Below are positions 9,882-21,842 of a DNA stretch of 26,801 nt, one piece after another. Numbering within the stretch: the first letter of the stretch is position 1; every line of letters starts with the position of its first letter. This DNA is from Spirogloea muscicola. Its lineage: Eukaryota. The notes under the pieces are model-generated. The model saw only the letters and a program-made list of their open reading frames with translations, searched no databases and was not told where the DNA came from. The stretch covers positions 811,697 to 838,497 of the forward strand of contig WELB01000007.1 in assembly GCA_009602725.1 (NCBI GenBank), written 5' to 3'. A program made the position numbers and the translations under genes.

Positions 9882-12409
9882 CGGCGACGGCGGCGGCGGC
9901 GGCGCCCCGCCCGGCGACGACTTCCCCGTCGCGGCTGCGCCGCCGCAGCACCCGGCGCCGTGCCGCCAGGCGGCCACAGGTGAGCTGCGGCAGGCAGAGC
10001 TCCGAGCTCGCCAATGGCCCGCACCATCAAGATGTCGTCCTCGCCCCTGTGCTTGCTGCAGCTTGCAGCCGTTCTCAATCGGTCGCTCGCCTGCCACTAT
10101 TTCACCATCGCAAGTGGTCAATTGGCGGTTTCTTGCTGGAGCAGCCCCAGTAGCAGCTGCCATCACAATCGAGCCGAAGCGAAGGCGCGTCAGATTGGTG
10201 CTGGCAGAGCAGCCGGAGATGCGGACGATCTGCAGCAGCATAACGATGTTTGGGTCGTGTCAAATGCGTTGGTGCCCATTAAGTGTTGTGATAGCACACT
10301 GCGACAAAATCGTGGTTTGATGCTGTGCAATTTGGCGTGGTATTGCAGGCGCTTCCCGGCTGGGCCTCATGCAGTACCAGCTGCACGACATGGACCTGCA
10401 GCAGCTCGTCGCGCAGCTGCAGTTCGGCGACATGGATGCCAGGCGGGCCGCGGCAGGCCAGGTGCGGGCGCTGGCGCGGAGCAGCGCTGAGGCGCGCACG
10501 CTCATTGCTGAGGCCGGGGCGCTGCCGCTGCTCCTGGGGCTTCTGGACGCCGACGAGCCGAGGGTGCAGGAGGCGTCGGGCCTTGCAATCCTCAACCTTT
10601 GCATTAAAAACGCTTGGTGAGCAATGCGACGACCCCGCCCGGGCCAGGCTATCTCAAAGCACAGTCTCGAGGCATTGCTTATCACAGGCTTACCTCTGAG
10701 CCGAAGGCACTTCGTGCGTAATGGGCACTCTTTAAAGCTGAAGGCATTGCCTGCTGCAGTTTCGGGAGCATCTCTCGTATCCCAGCACAGCCAGGCTGCA
10801 GGCTTGTTGCCAGTCCGACCTGACCATGATGACAGGCCTTACTTTGGAGCGGCTGCCACTCATCTCTATGTTGTTGCAGCAACAAGGCGGCGGTGATGGA
10901 GGCCGGCGCAGTGCCGCGGCTGGTGCACCTACTGCGGCCGGAGGCGCCGCTAACGACACGCGAGGCGGCAGCGGCTGTGCTGCTGTGCCTGGCGGCAGAC
11001 AACGACCCGACCAAGGCGGCCATTGGTGCAGCGGGGGCTATCCCGCTCCTCGGGCAGCTGCTCACGGCCGGTTCGCTGCAGGGCACCAAGGACGCCGTGC
11101 ACGCACTGTACAACCTGGTGGCGTATGATGGCAACCGCGGCCGCATCCTGCGCGCGCGCGTTGTGCCGGGCCTCGTTGCGGTGCTCAAGGGCGGCTATGC
11201 GACGCCTGAGGCAGAGAAGGTGGTGGCCATCCTGGGCATCCTGGCAGGCCTAGAGGAAGGGCGTGGCGCGCTGTCGGAGCATGAGGACACGCTCCGCGCG
11301 CTTGTGAAAGTGCTGGAGGCCGGGTCGCTGCGTGGCAAGGAGCTGGCGCTCGCCTCGCTGCTCCCCTTGTGCGTGCACTCCAAAGCCTGCCGTGTGGCGG
11401 TCGTGGAGCGTGGCGCCGGCGATGCGCTCCTGGCACTCAGCCTCACGGGCGAGCCAAAGCTGCGGGAGAAGGCCTACCAGCTACTTGCCTGCCTGGGTGG
11501 CAAGGTACGAGCTTTTGCACCTGAAGGGGCATTGTTGTGTATCCCAGTCTCAGAGCATAGCCTTGACTTGTAATGTCAACGAAGCGCTGTCAAGTTAAGG
11601 CTTACTTCCTTTGTTCGTGGCAGACAAAGCTTAATTTGTCATTTGCAGGGGCCGGATTGCAGTGTCAGTGCTCATGTCCTGCTCGTGTGCTGCCCCAGTC
11701 TGCTGTTACAAAAGTCTGCCTGCCAATTTTCTGCTTGCGTCAGCTGCCTCTCAAATTGTCTGCAGTATCTTGCTGATTCATCTCTGTCGTCTGCCTGGTG
11801 TTTGAGAAACACGTGCCACCTCAATGGCCCCTGGTGGTTGTTGATAATGGCAAACTTTGAGCTCACATCATACTAATTCCACATATAGAAGCGGGGCGAG
11901 AAGCCGACATCTGCACCAATGGTGATGCTGTCACGGTCCTCGTCAGCAAGGGAGATTAGCCCCGACTCAGGGAGCCGCAGCGGCAGCGGGAGCTCCGAGG
12001 ACGAGCGCTCCGCCAAAGATGTGAGCTTTGCACAGTTGCTGGATGTACTTCCAAGTTGTCAGCTAAGCTGTTCAATTTGCATATAGCAAAATGAGTTCCT
12101 GCCGAAAATTCGTCGCAGCACATCTGCTCCTTCTTATTAATCTGCAATGCCAAAGTTGGTGCGGGGTTGAGAGTGTCTGCTTCCTGCTGCTCTTGGGCGG
12201 GTACCTGTGAGCAGGTGGTGCGGCACATGGTGTGGCAAAGCATGCAGAAGACCATGACCAACATTCGGCGGCGGGCACGGCTGCCATCTGAGGACTTCAG
12301 TCCGAGCCTGAGCCCAAGCGGCAGCCCGCGCTCACGGAGTCCCCTTAGCCCATCGCTCATGCCCGGCAGCCCCTCGTCTGCTCCTGAGCTCTCAGAGGAA
12401 AGTAGCTAG
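9882..12409 (+). CDS. ARM-repeat protein (PUB-like ARM region, no U-box visible), At2g25130/At4g31890-type; 5'-partial
   Basis: In-frame exons 9882-9979, 10349-10616, 10880-11504, 11889-12020, 12215-12409 (TAG). ARM repeats include IAEAGALPLLLGLL, NKAAVMEAGAVPRLVHLL and IGAAGAIPLLGQLL..KDAVHALYNL. An SAP motif and the C-terminal VRHMVWQSMQKTMTNIRRRARLP resemble the conserved VKQLVQQSLQxNMKRIVKRANLP tail of that clade. Confidence 0.88.
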
Positions 12410-12534
12410 TAGAGTGTCCAGTCCAATCTGGCTTGTATCCACTTATCTTTGTGGGTGCCTGCTTGTTTGTCTGTCGGCACAAAGCTAGCGCAAGTTCATA
12501 GTTGTAGGCTCACTCTTTGGTGGAGGGGCACATT

Positions 12535-12660
12535 GAGAGAGACTGAAACAGGTTGGTAGAGAGGCGAGGAAGGGGGAGGGGTGGGGAGAGGAGAGATAAG
12601 TAGGAGGAACAGGGGAAGGAGGGAGAGCGAGGGAGAGAGTTGAGTGTACGTGTGTGTGTG
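12535..12660 (+). repeat. Polypurine (G/A-rich) tract followed by a short (GT)n microsatellite
   Basis: Near-continuous G/A run with several GGG(G) tracts, then GTGTGTGTGTG. Confidence 0.7.
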
Positions 12661-13845
12661 CCACAGATTGACAGCATGCTCTGCCCTGCGGTCAAGGGCG
12701 GCCTGAAGATCAAAATACCTGTAAATTAAACTTGTACACGGTGGCTATTACTGTCGCCCCCTCGCTAAAGGTGGGCATACATCTGTGCCGTGGTGTCCTT
12801 AGGCAAGACCGTACACACTCTTGTCCTCCTGTTGAATATATGTTCTGCTAGCTTCCTTGCATACATGCTAGCTTGCTTGCATTCATGGACATACCTGCAT
12901 ACATGGTCCTCAAGGGGCGGGCTGCAGCACTGATTGACCTTCCTTTGCCGCGGGAGCAGCAGCCTCTGCACCTCATTGATTGCACAGGTTCCTGTAGGTG
13001 CTCTGCATCACCTGATTCTAGCAACAGCCTGACAGCGACAAGAGCATGACCACATGAGCGACCAGATGAAGATGCTTCTACTTTGCGCATTCAATCCTGA
13101 TTTGTTCTGAGTGATGGGTTGATCGAGAGAGCGAGAGCTTTACTAATTTCTGCCAATTGTCAGCAGCAATCTTGGTGCGGTGACAAAGTGGTGAGGACCT
13201 CAGTCCTACAAACCTACCACCTTTTATGCTGCTTCCCATGTGATGGATCCAAGGATCCCTGACCAAAGCTTGATGTCTATCGCCAATCCACACAATGACA
13301 TTGGCAGTCAATCTTATGGCAGTAGCGGGTGTTGTCTATCCTAGAAATGTGTCTGACACCAAGCAGGATTGTAGCAGAAATATGCCCTTTCCAGTGGAGA
13401 ATAGCGAATGCTGGGACGCCATGGCATGCTGGTCCAGGATATTATTCGAGGGGATAGGATCACAGTTGATCATGTACGGACCAATCGTGAAGAAGCAGAG
13501 CAGGAAATGTGGACCCGGAGACAAACACCATGACATTGAATCGTGGGTCCGTAATATATGTGCCCGAAGTATAGTTGATGATGCACCTATGTCCTTGAGG
13601 TAGTAAGAAGGCAGAGAGCCTTCAGCAGGCTCCTGCCCCAAGTCATTGAGGGCGTGATGCTTGCTCACTGCAGGCTTGCTCACGGCTCCCCTCCTTTCGG
13701 TCTGGGCTCCTAACATCCACTGACTCTTGCTGAACGAGCACTATGTCATCAAAGCTTCGGAGCTCTACTCGCTCGTGCCCCATCTTCCTTCGCATGCTTT
13801 TCTACTGACACCAGCCGTGTCTATTGGAGGAAAGAGGAAAGAAAA

Positions 13846-13955
13846 AAGGCACGCAGTGCGCATGCAAAAGAAAGGGAGGCCGCCTCGACCTTACAAATGT
13901 CCTGGTACTGGGGCAATAAGCTGGCTTATTGGAAGGGACTAATGGCCAGTGAGCT
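13846..13955 (+). repeat. Dispersed repeat module B copy
   Basis: AAGGCACGCAGTGCGCATGCAAAAGAAAGGGAGGCC...CCTTACAAATGTCCTGGTACTGGGGCAATAAGCTGGCT aligns with 8878 and 15938. Confidence 0.8.
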
Positions 13956-15937
13956 TTCGCTCGCTTGCTTTCCTGCAGGTGTAAGAAACAAGGCACACAC
14001 GAGCATATTGCGCCAACTCCTGACGATCTTTACACAGGTCTCCACCAACAATCATTTCACCAGGGACGCCTTCTCTTGTCGCCTCCTGTGTCAGTCCTAG
14101 CTTCAGTGCAGTTAAGGCCACCTTACCACTTGCGCCGTCATCGTTGAGAAAGCGCAAACCTCCCGTTTCCCCGCTTGGCAATATTACTGGCCTTCCCACA
14201 ACGCATCAAGCTGCCTTGCCCATGCCACGACGTTAAGTTCCAGTTTTCGCATGTCGTTCAAGACGCCGGCCAGCAGGGCTCTTTTCTTGATCATCATATC
14301 TGCAACACGCGCTGCCTTCTCCACGCCTAACAGAAGCCTGCTAGCTGTCTCCTGTCATTGCTGCAATAGGAGCCCTTACGTCTGTCCGCACATCAAGCAC
14401 CCACGTGCTAAGCTGAACAAGTATGACCAGTCCACTCTCAAACAAACTCCAGCAAGAAGGTGACTCATTGTCAACAGCGTTGTTAGAACTTCAAGTAATT
14501 TCAGAGATGCCTTCAAGTGCAGAGTTCCGCGCAACGTGAGCACCAAACAGCCCTTGTTTTGCTACATGACTCTTCATCTAGCTGCATATAAGTTCGCTGC
14601 CATTTCCCGAGCTATGAGGACAACTTGACATCCCACATGTGAAAGGAGAGTGCTTGTACATCCCCTTTCACCTTCCAGAGTGAGGCACAGCATCTTACCT
14701 TTGCAGCACAAAATCATTTGCATAGTGTGTGAGTTCTCTTCTCCTATTTGACGTAGTGTGTGGCAAACCTAGGCAGACCAGCAACAAACACAAGGGAGGA
14801 TGCGGGCAGGTCCGCTTAAATCCCCACACGACTGGCTCACAAGCTCCGAGCACTGCGTTGAGGTCATGGATGGTGGCCACTGTGCCCACAAAGTCGAGCG
14901 CTTGATTACACGTTCAGACCAGCAGGACGAGCCTTCAGTATATATCTATTATTAAATTGCGAATGCTGGGGCACGCCCGTTGCCGTCATCTTGCTGTGTT
15001 CTGGTCTCAATGCTCAAGGCAGGTATCACATTACATGGTGGAGGTAAGTCCATGGCAGAACTGCTGCAGGGCATCTCTGCAGGACTGGAGATGCAGGTGC
15101 CCGACTTGGGCCTGCCGAGGCGTCCTCCAGTAGGCTCTCTCAAGCCCTCTCTTCCAAAGCCATGCCCTTCATGTCTCCACGAGTGGAGAGAAGAAACGAC
15201 GCTTCCAAGAAAAGGCGGTGGCGGTGGAGAGAAGCTCTTGACAAGCAGGCGGTGGCTGTGGAAGAAGTAAGCTCTTCTAAGGCGAGGGCTGTGAAAGGCG
15301 AGGCCCAGAAGAAGTTGGACAAGGTCACGGGGAGGCCCCGACAGGGATAAGTCCACTGCAGATCACTTAGCACAAAATGGGCCACTACGGTTGGGCACTC
15401 ATTGGCCCTAGTCAGAAGCCGCAAGTCGGACACATTAGCAGCTGGGAAATGTGCAGAAGCTCTCACAAAAGGAGAAGAGGATGTGGGCTGTGAAAGCCAG
15501 CCCAAACATTGGGTAGTGAGAGGTGGAGAGAGAGGGGTGAGGAGAAGGGGGGGAGCGAGAGAATCTTTCAATATCAGCAGCCGCATCTTTCGAGAGAATG
15601 AGGGAAGGGAGGGCTGCAAACGGCCAGCCCGACATACGCTTCTTCTGGGAGGCCGGGGGGGTGGACCTGGGAGGAGGAGGCTTCCGCTAATATTTGAGGC
15701 TGCAGCCAAGGCGGGCACAGACGTCCAGAAACAGGGGCGAGGAGCGAAGTGCCAGCCTACGAAAAAGGATGGCAAAGAAGATACAAGCAGCGGATAGCAC
15801 GTAGGCAAACAAGCCGTTACCAAGGTCGGCCTTCCAACACCCCTATTTAGCCCTACTACGGCCCTTGTCCCCTTTGGGAGAGTCACTTTCAGTTTAGCAG
15901 CCGCAAGTTCGTAGCAGAGAGCCCTGTACCAGCGAGA

Positions 15938-16175
15938 GAGAAGGCGCGCGGTGCGCATGAAGTTGAAAGGGAGGCCAATTCTAGCCTTACAAATGTCCTC
16001 TTAAATGGGTAATGAGCTGGCTAAGGGGGACACTAACATCCCCGAGTGAGCACATGCATATCTGACATGCTATACTGAGGCGCCAAACCACCACCACGGA
16101 AGCCATTAGCCTGGGCTAGCGAGAGAAGGCAAGGGTGCACACAATATCGAATGGTGGCCAATTTAGGCCAATACA
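15938..16175 (+). repeat. Module B long copy (15938-16080) plus a degenerate second core (~16123-16175)
   Basis: High similarity to 8878-9020. The second core reads GAGAAGGCAAGGGTGCACA...GGCCAATTTAGGCCAATACA. Confidence 0.85.
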
Positions 16176-16369
16176 GCAGCGCTATCGCCGCGAAGCGTGC
16201 TCGCCCGCGGGGGATCCTGCAGTGCCCGCTGGCCGCTGCGTGTGCGTGGGCTTTTCGATGTTATCTGACGCAGTGACGCCGACGACCCCGTTCCCCACCC
16301 TGCACCTCAGCGGCTTTACCCCCATCTTGTCGCTCGTCTAGGGCACGCAAGAGAAAGAGAAGCAGCTCT

Positions 16370-16590
16370 TGCCCAGAAGGGGCGAAGGCTGCAAGAGGTC
16401 AGCCCCAAAAGAGAAGACTCTTCCAGTGAAGGGCGATGACTGTTATTGGCCAGCCCTCAGAAAAGAGCAAACTAGGTCCAACGGGGCCGGAAAGAGCAAG
16501 GATCATCTTCCACAGAGGGGCTGTGGCTGTGCAAGGCCAGCCGACAACGGAGTGCACAAGGTGTGAAGGGGCCCGAAAGCGCCAAAACCG
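16370..16590 (+). repeat. Cluster of module A copies
   Basis: GGCTGCAAGAGGTCAGCCCC...CTCTTCCAGTGAAGGGCGATG; GGCCAGCCC...GGGGCCGGAAAG; GGCTGTGCAAGGCCAGCC...ACAAGGTGTGAAGGGGCCCGAAAGCGCC. Confidence 0.7.
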
Positions 16591-19213
16591 CACAGTTATA
16601 CAACAACTCCTCAAAGGAATGCTCAACTACCCATTGTCAGCAGCAAACATTGGAGTAGCTTGCTGCCGGAAAAGTGTCACCACATCGAGACCCAGAAGCA
16701 GCAGCGTGGCCTGCCGGCAAGTGCACCACAATAAATGCCTGTAGTCTTTAGAGCGAGACACATTGACGCCTTCCTTACACCTAAGCTAGCGCACTAGCAG
16801 CTTTGAAGCCGGGCTGCTCACCTTAAAGTCATTGACGTCTATTCATTGCTCGCCATGCAAGCTGCTGTAGCAGCTTCTAGCCACCGAATCCAGAACGTAC
16901 CGTGACATCAAGTGCGCAACGACTTCATCACCGCCAGGGTAGTTCGCATGACATTGCTCCTTGACGCCCGCAGCCTTGCCAACCACGATCTTCGCCTCCT
17001 CCGCCGTGGCTTGTTTGATATCTGCTGTGAAAATGAGAAGTCCTTCCAGAAGGGGGCGGTTGGCTATGTAAGGCCAGCCCAGAAGGACTAGACAGGGTCC
17101 AAAGGCGCCGGAAAGCGGACATGAGTATTGTCGACCAGCCTCGCGAGGATGCCCACGCAGGCTCCTGTACTACAGTATGAATCTACAGACTACTGTACAC
17201 TATGATTGTACACGTGCAGATTTTCATGTGTAAATCTTGGTCTGACATACATGCTCTCATGAAATGCACACCACAGCCATTCCCCTCTTCAAAGGAAGCC
17301 TCATTCTGGCGCTACGGTTCAGTCTATGTTCCATCGTTCACTTGAGCACTTGATGGTGAAGTGAATAGCTGACGAACCGCAAGCTTGCTTTCCCTGGATA
17401 ACCTCTAGGCACCCTTGCCTTCTCGCCCAACAATTGAGAAATTTGGGGCTGGCCAAGTGCAGCCACTGCACACTTAAAAGAGCACTTACATACCTCGTAT
17501 TCAATGTTATGCGTTGTGACCCCTCACAGACATTGGCCAACGGGTTCTAGAGGGAGAGGTCTTCGTGTTCTCTTAACACCCACCCCACCCCACTCCCCCG
17601 CCCAATTCTCTCTCTATCCAGGCGCTGATATAGGAGGTACCAGATATTGTTGCCTCCGCTTCATGGGCTTTGTGAGCGATTTCCAACATCCGTTTTTTGC
17701 AGCTGCCTCGCTTTTACTGTCTTCCTACTGTGATACGTCTTCTAACAGATGCAAGATTCACCACCAGCAAAGGCAGCTGGCTGGCCGCCAACGAGGGGGT
17801 CCATGTCTGATAGGCAGCGGTGTGCAGGTCTTTCTTTCTCTACATGAAACGACGTCATGGAGTCATACGTACGCCGGCTTTCTCGCTCAAGGACTGTGGG
17901 CCAAGTAGAGACTTCAAATAAGAAGAGTCTTCTGCAGTTGTCTTATGCTAGATATTTCTGGTCAAGCCCTGCAACGTGTAAGTGACTCCTTACGTTTTTA
18001 CACCCATGCGCCTCGCTTACTGCCCTGAACATTTTCGAGGTCTTTCCGGTCAGTGCCGCATGTGTGCTGCATGAAGAGCGTCGGAGGTTTCTGTGGCAGC
18101 CAAGCGGCGAGTGGCCAGGACCGCACAAGATGGGGCAGGCTGGGCGGGGGGCTCCCTTGGGGCGTAGGGCGCGCCCAGCTGACTCACACCCCTCCGTTAC
18201 ACTGCATTCTCATTCTCAGCGACGTGTGCTTTGCCTCCACGTCGCCCACTGCCAGGCAACAAGCTGGCGTCTCCACGTGACGTCCTCCGCGCCCTTATTG
18301 ATCTGATATAACAACAGGGAGGCTCTCTGTTGGTCGCAGGGAGGCTCACATGCATCATTTTTAACATGGCAGGTTCACTTTTGCGGCCAGGGTTTGCACT
18401 CGCCTTGAGAAAAGACAGCGTACTGCTGCTTCCGGGTATTGCAGGGACCCGCTTGCGGGGCCCCCTTGTCCTCTCTGTGGGTCCAAGGCGGCACAGGAGC
18501 ACGAAATTCAACGAACTGCGGTGCCCAGGGACCAGGTTCAGGGGCTTTCAGCGCTGAACCGAGGCTCCGCCGCGCGAGTGCTTCTAAACATCTGCCGCGT
18601 GCTCATTGCTGATTGGGCCGTAAGGAGGCATAGCCGCCTAGCAGGTGCAAGCGGCACGTGCGCGGCGCGGCGCGCGGAATGGCTGGCGCTGGTTGGCGGG
18701 AAGCGCCGCTTCTGTGGCGAGCAGGGCATGGGCGGGCGGGGGGGGCTTCGTACAAGCGGTGCACACCGCCTCCCAGCCCGGCGGCGCGGAGGGACTCCCG
18801 GGGCTGCCGTGCGGGCCGCGACCGCCACGGGCGGGCTGACGGAGCCTCTGCCGGGCGGGCGGGCTGCGCCCCGCGCGTCGGTAGAGGAGAAGACATGAAA
18901 TAGCTCTTCCAATGCAACGCAAAGAGATTTGCGTGGATGGGAAATTGGAGGGCCAAAGTGGCCAAGTACAGCGGCAAGCACATCTGATGACGTACATTAT
19001 CGACCCGCTCAGTAACCACGGGTCAGCACATAGAGGTCGCCAGTCGATGCGTGGATACCGGGTGGCGAATTCCAAGCCCTTCTGCCACCAACTGGCAATA
19101 GCTGTGAGAGGCCAGCCCAGACGAGATGACCAAGATTTAAGAGGGCCGGAAGGCGCCAGCAACACGAGAGAAGCTTTCCGTGACTGCTGCGAGTCGGAGG
19201 AGAGGCCGCAGCT

Positions 19214-19258
19214 GCTCCGAATGCTCCAAAAACTCCAAATGTTCCAAATGCTCCAAAT
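19214..19258 (+). repeat. 9-bp minisatellite (GCTCCAAAT) x5, imperfect
   Basis: gctccgaat gctccaaaa actccaaat gttccaaat gctccaaat. Confidence 0.85.
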
Positions 19259-19588
19259 GGGGGCTCGAGGGCTGCGAAGAGCCAACACCGTGAGAGCACA
19301 GGCGCGGGAACGGCAAGGTGGCGTGGCATCATGGCGCGCAGGGCTCGCGCGGCAGCCGCCCGCCCGTATCTCCGCGCCGGCACCGGCCTGGGGGCTGGCC
19401 TCCCGCCGCCTCCGTGGCATGGGGCCCTTGCGTGCTGCCGAGGACCGGGCGGCCCCGCAGCCGTGTCCTTGTCGGGTCGAGGCGGCCCCCCCTGGTCCAC
19501 GCTGGCACCCCCTCGCCGCGAATACAAATAGCACCCCAACCCAGCCCCCCCCCTTCCNGACCGCCCGCTGCCGTACCTCACGCCCGCC

Positions 19589-20635
19589 ATGCAGGCCGCC
19601 GCCTGGGGCTGCGTCGAGGTGCTCTCCGGTGGCGGCGCCTCCGTCGCCTCCAGCGACGCCGCCGCCGCCGCGGCAGCGCTGCGGGCGCGCAAGCTGCTGC
19701 GCAAGAAGCGGGAGAAGCACGCCGTGACGGCGGCGTACCCGGGCGTGCGCCAGCGGCACTGGGGCAAGTGGGTGGCCGAGATCCGCATCCCCGGCAAGCG
19801 GTCGCGCCACTGGCTCGGCACCTTCGATACGCCGGACGAGGCCGTCGCCGCGTACGAGGCCGCCGCCCGCCAGCTCCAACACGCGGCCGCGGCCAAGGCC
19901 GGGCCCGCACCGCCGGGCAAGGGCGCCGTCGCGGTGGTGGTCGGCAACGTCAACGGCAACGCCCTGAAGATGGACGCGGACGCCGCTGTGGCGGCGGCGC
20001 CGCCGCAGGCCGCCGACTTGCACTGGCTCGAGGCCTGGCTGGACATGCCGCCGCTGACTCCGGCCACCCGGACGGCCAGCGGCAACTGCGCTCCCAGTGG
20101 CGGGCAGTGGCCGTCCGAGGCGGTGCCTGGCCTGCCGCCGCCGCTGGCTCTGAACCCCCCGGCGACGCCCACATGCAGTGCCAGCTCCGCCGGCAGCAGC
20201 ATGGCCACCTTCCCTTCCTCGGCCAGCCACGGCGCCCGCCACGCTGCCATGGGCGTCGGGGCCAAGGAGGAGGCGCGACCGGTCGCCCGGCAATCCAGCG
20301 ACGCTGCCACGGTGTCATCGCAGTCCGAGGGCGGCGCCAGTGACGACGGCGGCCCGCTGGGGGGCTACACGATTGAGGAGCTCAGCGCGCACCTCGACCC
20401 GGCGATGCAGGAGGAGATCCTCGCTTCCCCCCAGCTCTTCACCGAGCTTCTGCTGGCCGTCATGGCCACCGAGTCGCTCTCGCAGGCCGGCGGCAAAGGC
20501 CAAGCCGCTGACTCCCGACAACCGACGGCCTCCCTGAGCACCTTCTCCAGCGGCATCGAGGAAGCCAGCAGCGAAGCCGTCTCGCACATAGTCCGCAGCG
20601 ACGCTGACCTTTTCGAAATTCTCGGCATGTGCTGA
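19589..20635 (+). CDS. Intronless AP2/ERF transcription factor, DREB subfamily (A-6 / RAP2.4-WIND-like core)
   Basis: 348-aa ORF containing [47 protein letters not shown]. It has a basic NLS-like stretch [12 protein letters not shown] before the domain and an acidic C-terminus. The true start could lie upstream of the N at 19558. Confidence 0.9.
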   Translation: MQAAAWGCVEVLSGGGASVASSDAAAAAAALRARKLLRKKREKHAVTAAYPGVRQRHWGKWVAEIRIPGKRSRHWLGTFDTPDEAVAAYEAAARQLQHAAAAKAGPAPPGKGAVAVVVGNVNGNALKMDADAAVAAAPPQAADLHWLEAWLDMPPLTPATRTASGNCAPSGGQWPSEAVPGLPPPLALNPPATPTCSASSAGSSMATFPSSASHGARHAAMGVGAKEEARPVARQSSDAATVSSQSEGGASDDGGPLGGYTIEELSAHLDPAMQEEILASPQLFTELLLAVMATESLSQAGGKGQAADSRQPTASLSTFSSGIEEASSEAVSHIVRSDADLFEILGMC

Positions 20636-21842
20636 GCACGCCCCAGACGTCCTCCTTCCTCTCTACCCTCCCTTCCCCCATGCTTTATAAGGCCCACATT
20701 GGGCTGCCAGGGACTTCGCTAAGTACGTTGCTTGTACCAAATTAAATGTAGCAAGTTGTAGCTACTCGCTACGCCCACCATCAATGCCAACAGTAGAATA
20801 AATGGACACTCAGGCCTTGTTATCACTGGCAGCTGTAGCATCGGGAACAGCCCGGAATGACGAAATCTGCCCGCAATGGGCAGAGCCTCTAGACCATGGA
20901 GCAGTCACTCCAGCATTTAGGCGCAGGCGACTTCTTGTCCTAGGCAGCTGTGACGTGAAAGTCCGCCCCTCGCCTCGTGTCCTCTGCCTAGGCGAAGAAG
21001 TCTGCCTTGCAGGAACCTGAGTTCCATTCTTTCATCGAACTTGATTAAACTCTTATTGTTGGGTTCTACCTATTATTGATCTGTAAATAATAAGTATTTG
21101 TTCTTTCTTTTCCAATTCTTTTCCAACTCCCTGTCCCTTGCTCTCTATTTACCCACTCCCTGTCGTCTTGATTGAGATGCTAAAAGAGGGAGCATCTCAA
21201 GCATACATTCTTTCGAACTCCTCATTGTGCTATGCGCATATGAAAAGCCAAAGCCGCAAGCACAAGCAAGACATTGCACGGCCTCTTGACAACAGATAAC
21301 AATTTGATAGCAGGTTATTGCGGCGTAAACATTCCACACCCCACACCTCTTCATGCACTTCTGGGGACTCTAAAAGCTCTCACATCATCTTGCTATCGAA
21401 TCCATAGCCCATGTTCGTCAGAATAGTCAGTTACTACCTCACCACTTAGCTGGTGCAAGCTCGTCCACTTGCTTCTCGATTGCAGCTAATATCTGCTATT
21501 TACCCTAGACTTGTCAGCCTGTAAATGAGTCCAACTCTGTCCCCTGCGTACACTGAGCCTGCTAGCATCAGTTCCCAGAATATAGGTGCACCATTGATGT
21601 ACCATAAGGAAAACAGACTTCATCGGTACTCCCAGGCCCTCCTTTAACATTGGCGCTACCTCACCTCCTGACAACATCGCTGACCCTCCCTCCCACCTTC
21701 TGCAAGCTACTGCACAAATCCCTGCCTCATGCACTCGCAGATTGCTCAATCCTTGTCGTTTCCAGTCTGTGAAGCTTGCCCTTTAATCAGGGCATGCACT
21801 CTTATGTACAGTAATTGTGTACAGTGTCTGCTGCCTTGGCTG

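Noticed and set aside
8830..10320. Several 170-290 aa ORFs on both strands
   Set aside because: Low-complexity products of GC-rich promoter and repeat DNA. The real coding signal is the FYVE exon and the ARM exons.
12846..12906. Imperfect ~20-bp repeats TGCTAGCTT.CTTGCAT.CATG
   Set aside because: Two to three degenerate units, consistent with ordinary slippage.
13300..13620. Weak transposase/RNase H-like words (ITDPRF on the minus strand; ITVDHVRT on the plus strand)
   Set aside because: Isolated short matches on opposite strands without flanking motifs.
15140..15958. 272-aa minus-strand ORF
   Set aside because: Composed of module A/B repeats and pyrimidine-rich low-complexity sequence, with no recognisable domain.
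18638..20343. Long overlapping ORFs of 551, 433 and 341 aa around the AP2 gene
   Set aside because: Shadow frames of very GC-rich coding DNA. They are Arg/Gly/Ala-rich with no motifs and they cross an N.
21145..21354. WNVY resembling the missing LENG1 N-terminus
   Set aside because: It lies downstream of the LENG1 stop codon and lacks the rest of the CIR_N motif.
21486..21749. ILGTDAS resembling the Ty3/gypsy RNase H TDAS motif
   Set aside because: No following GAVL or other pol motifs; lies in the probable 3' UTR of the LENG1-like gene.
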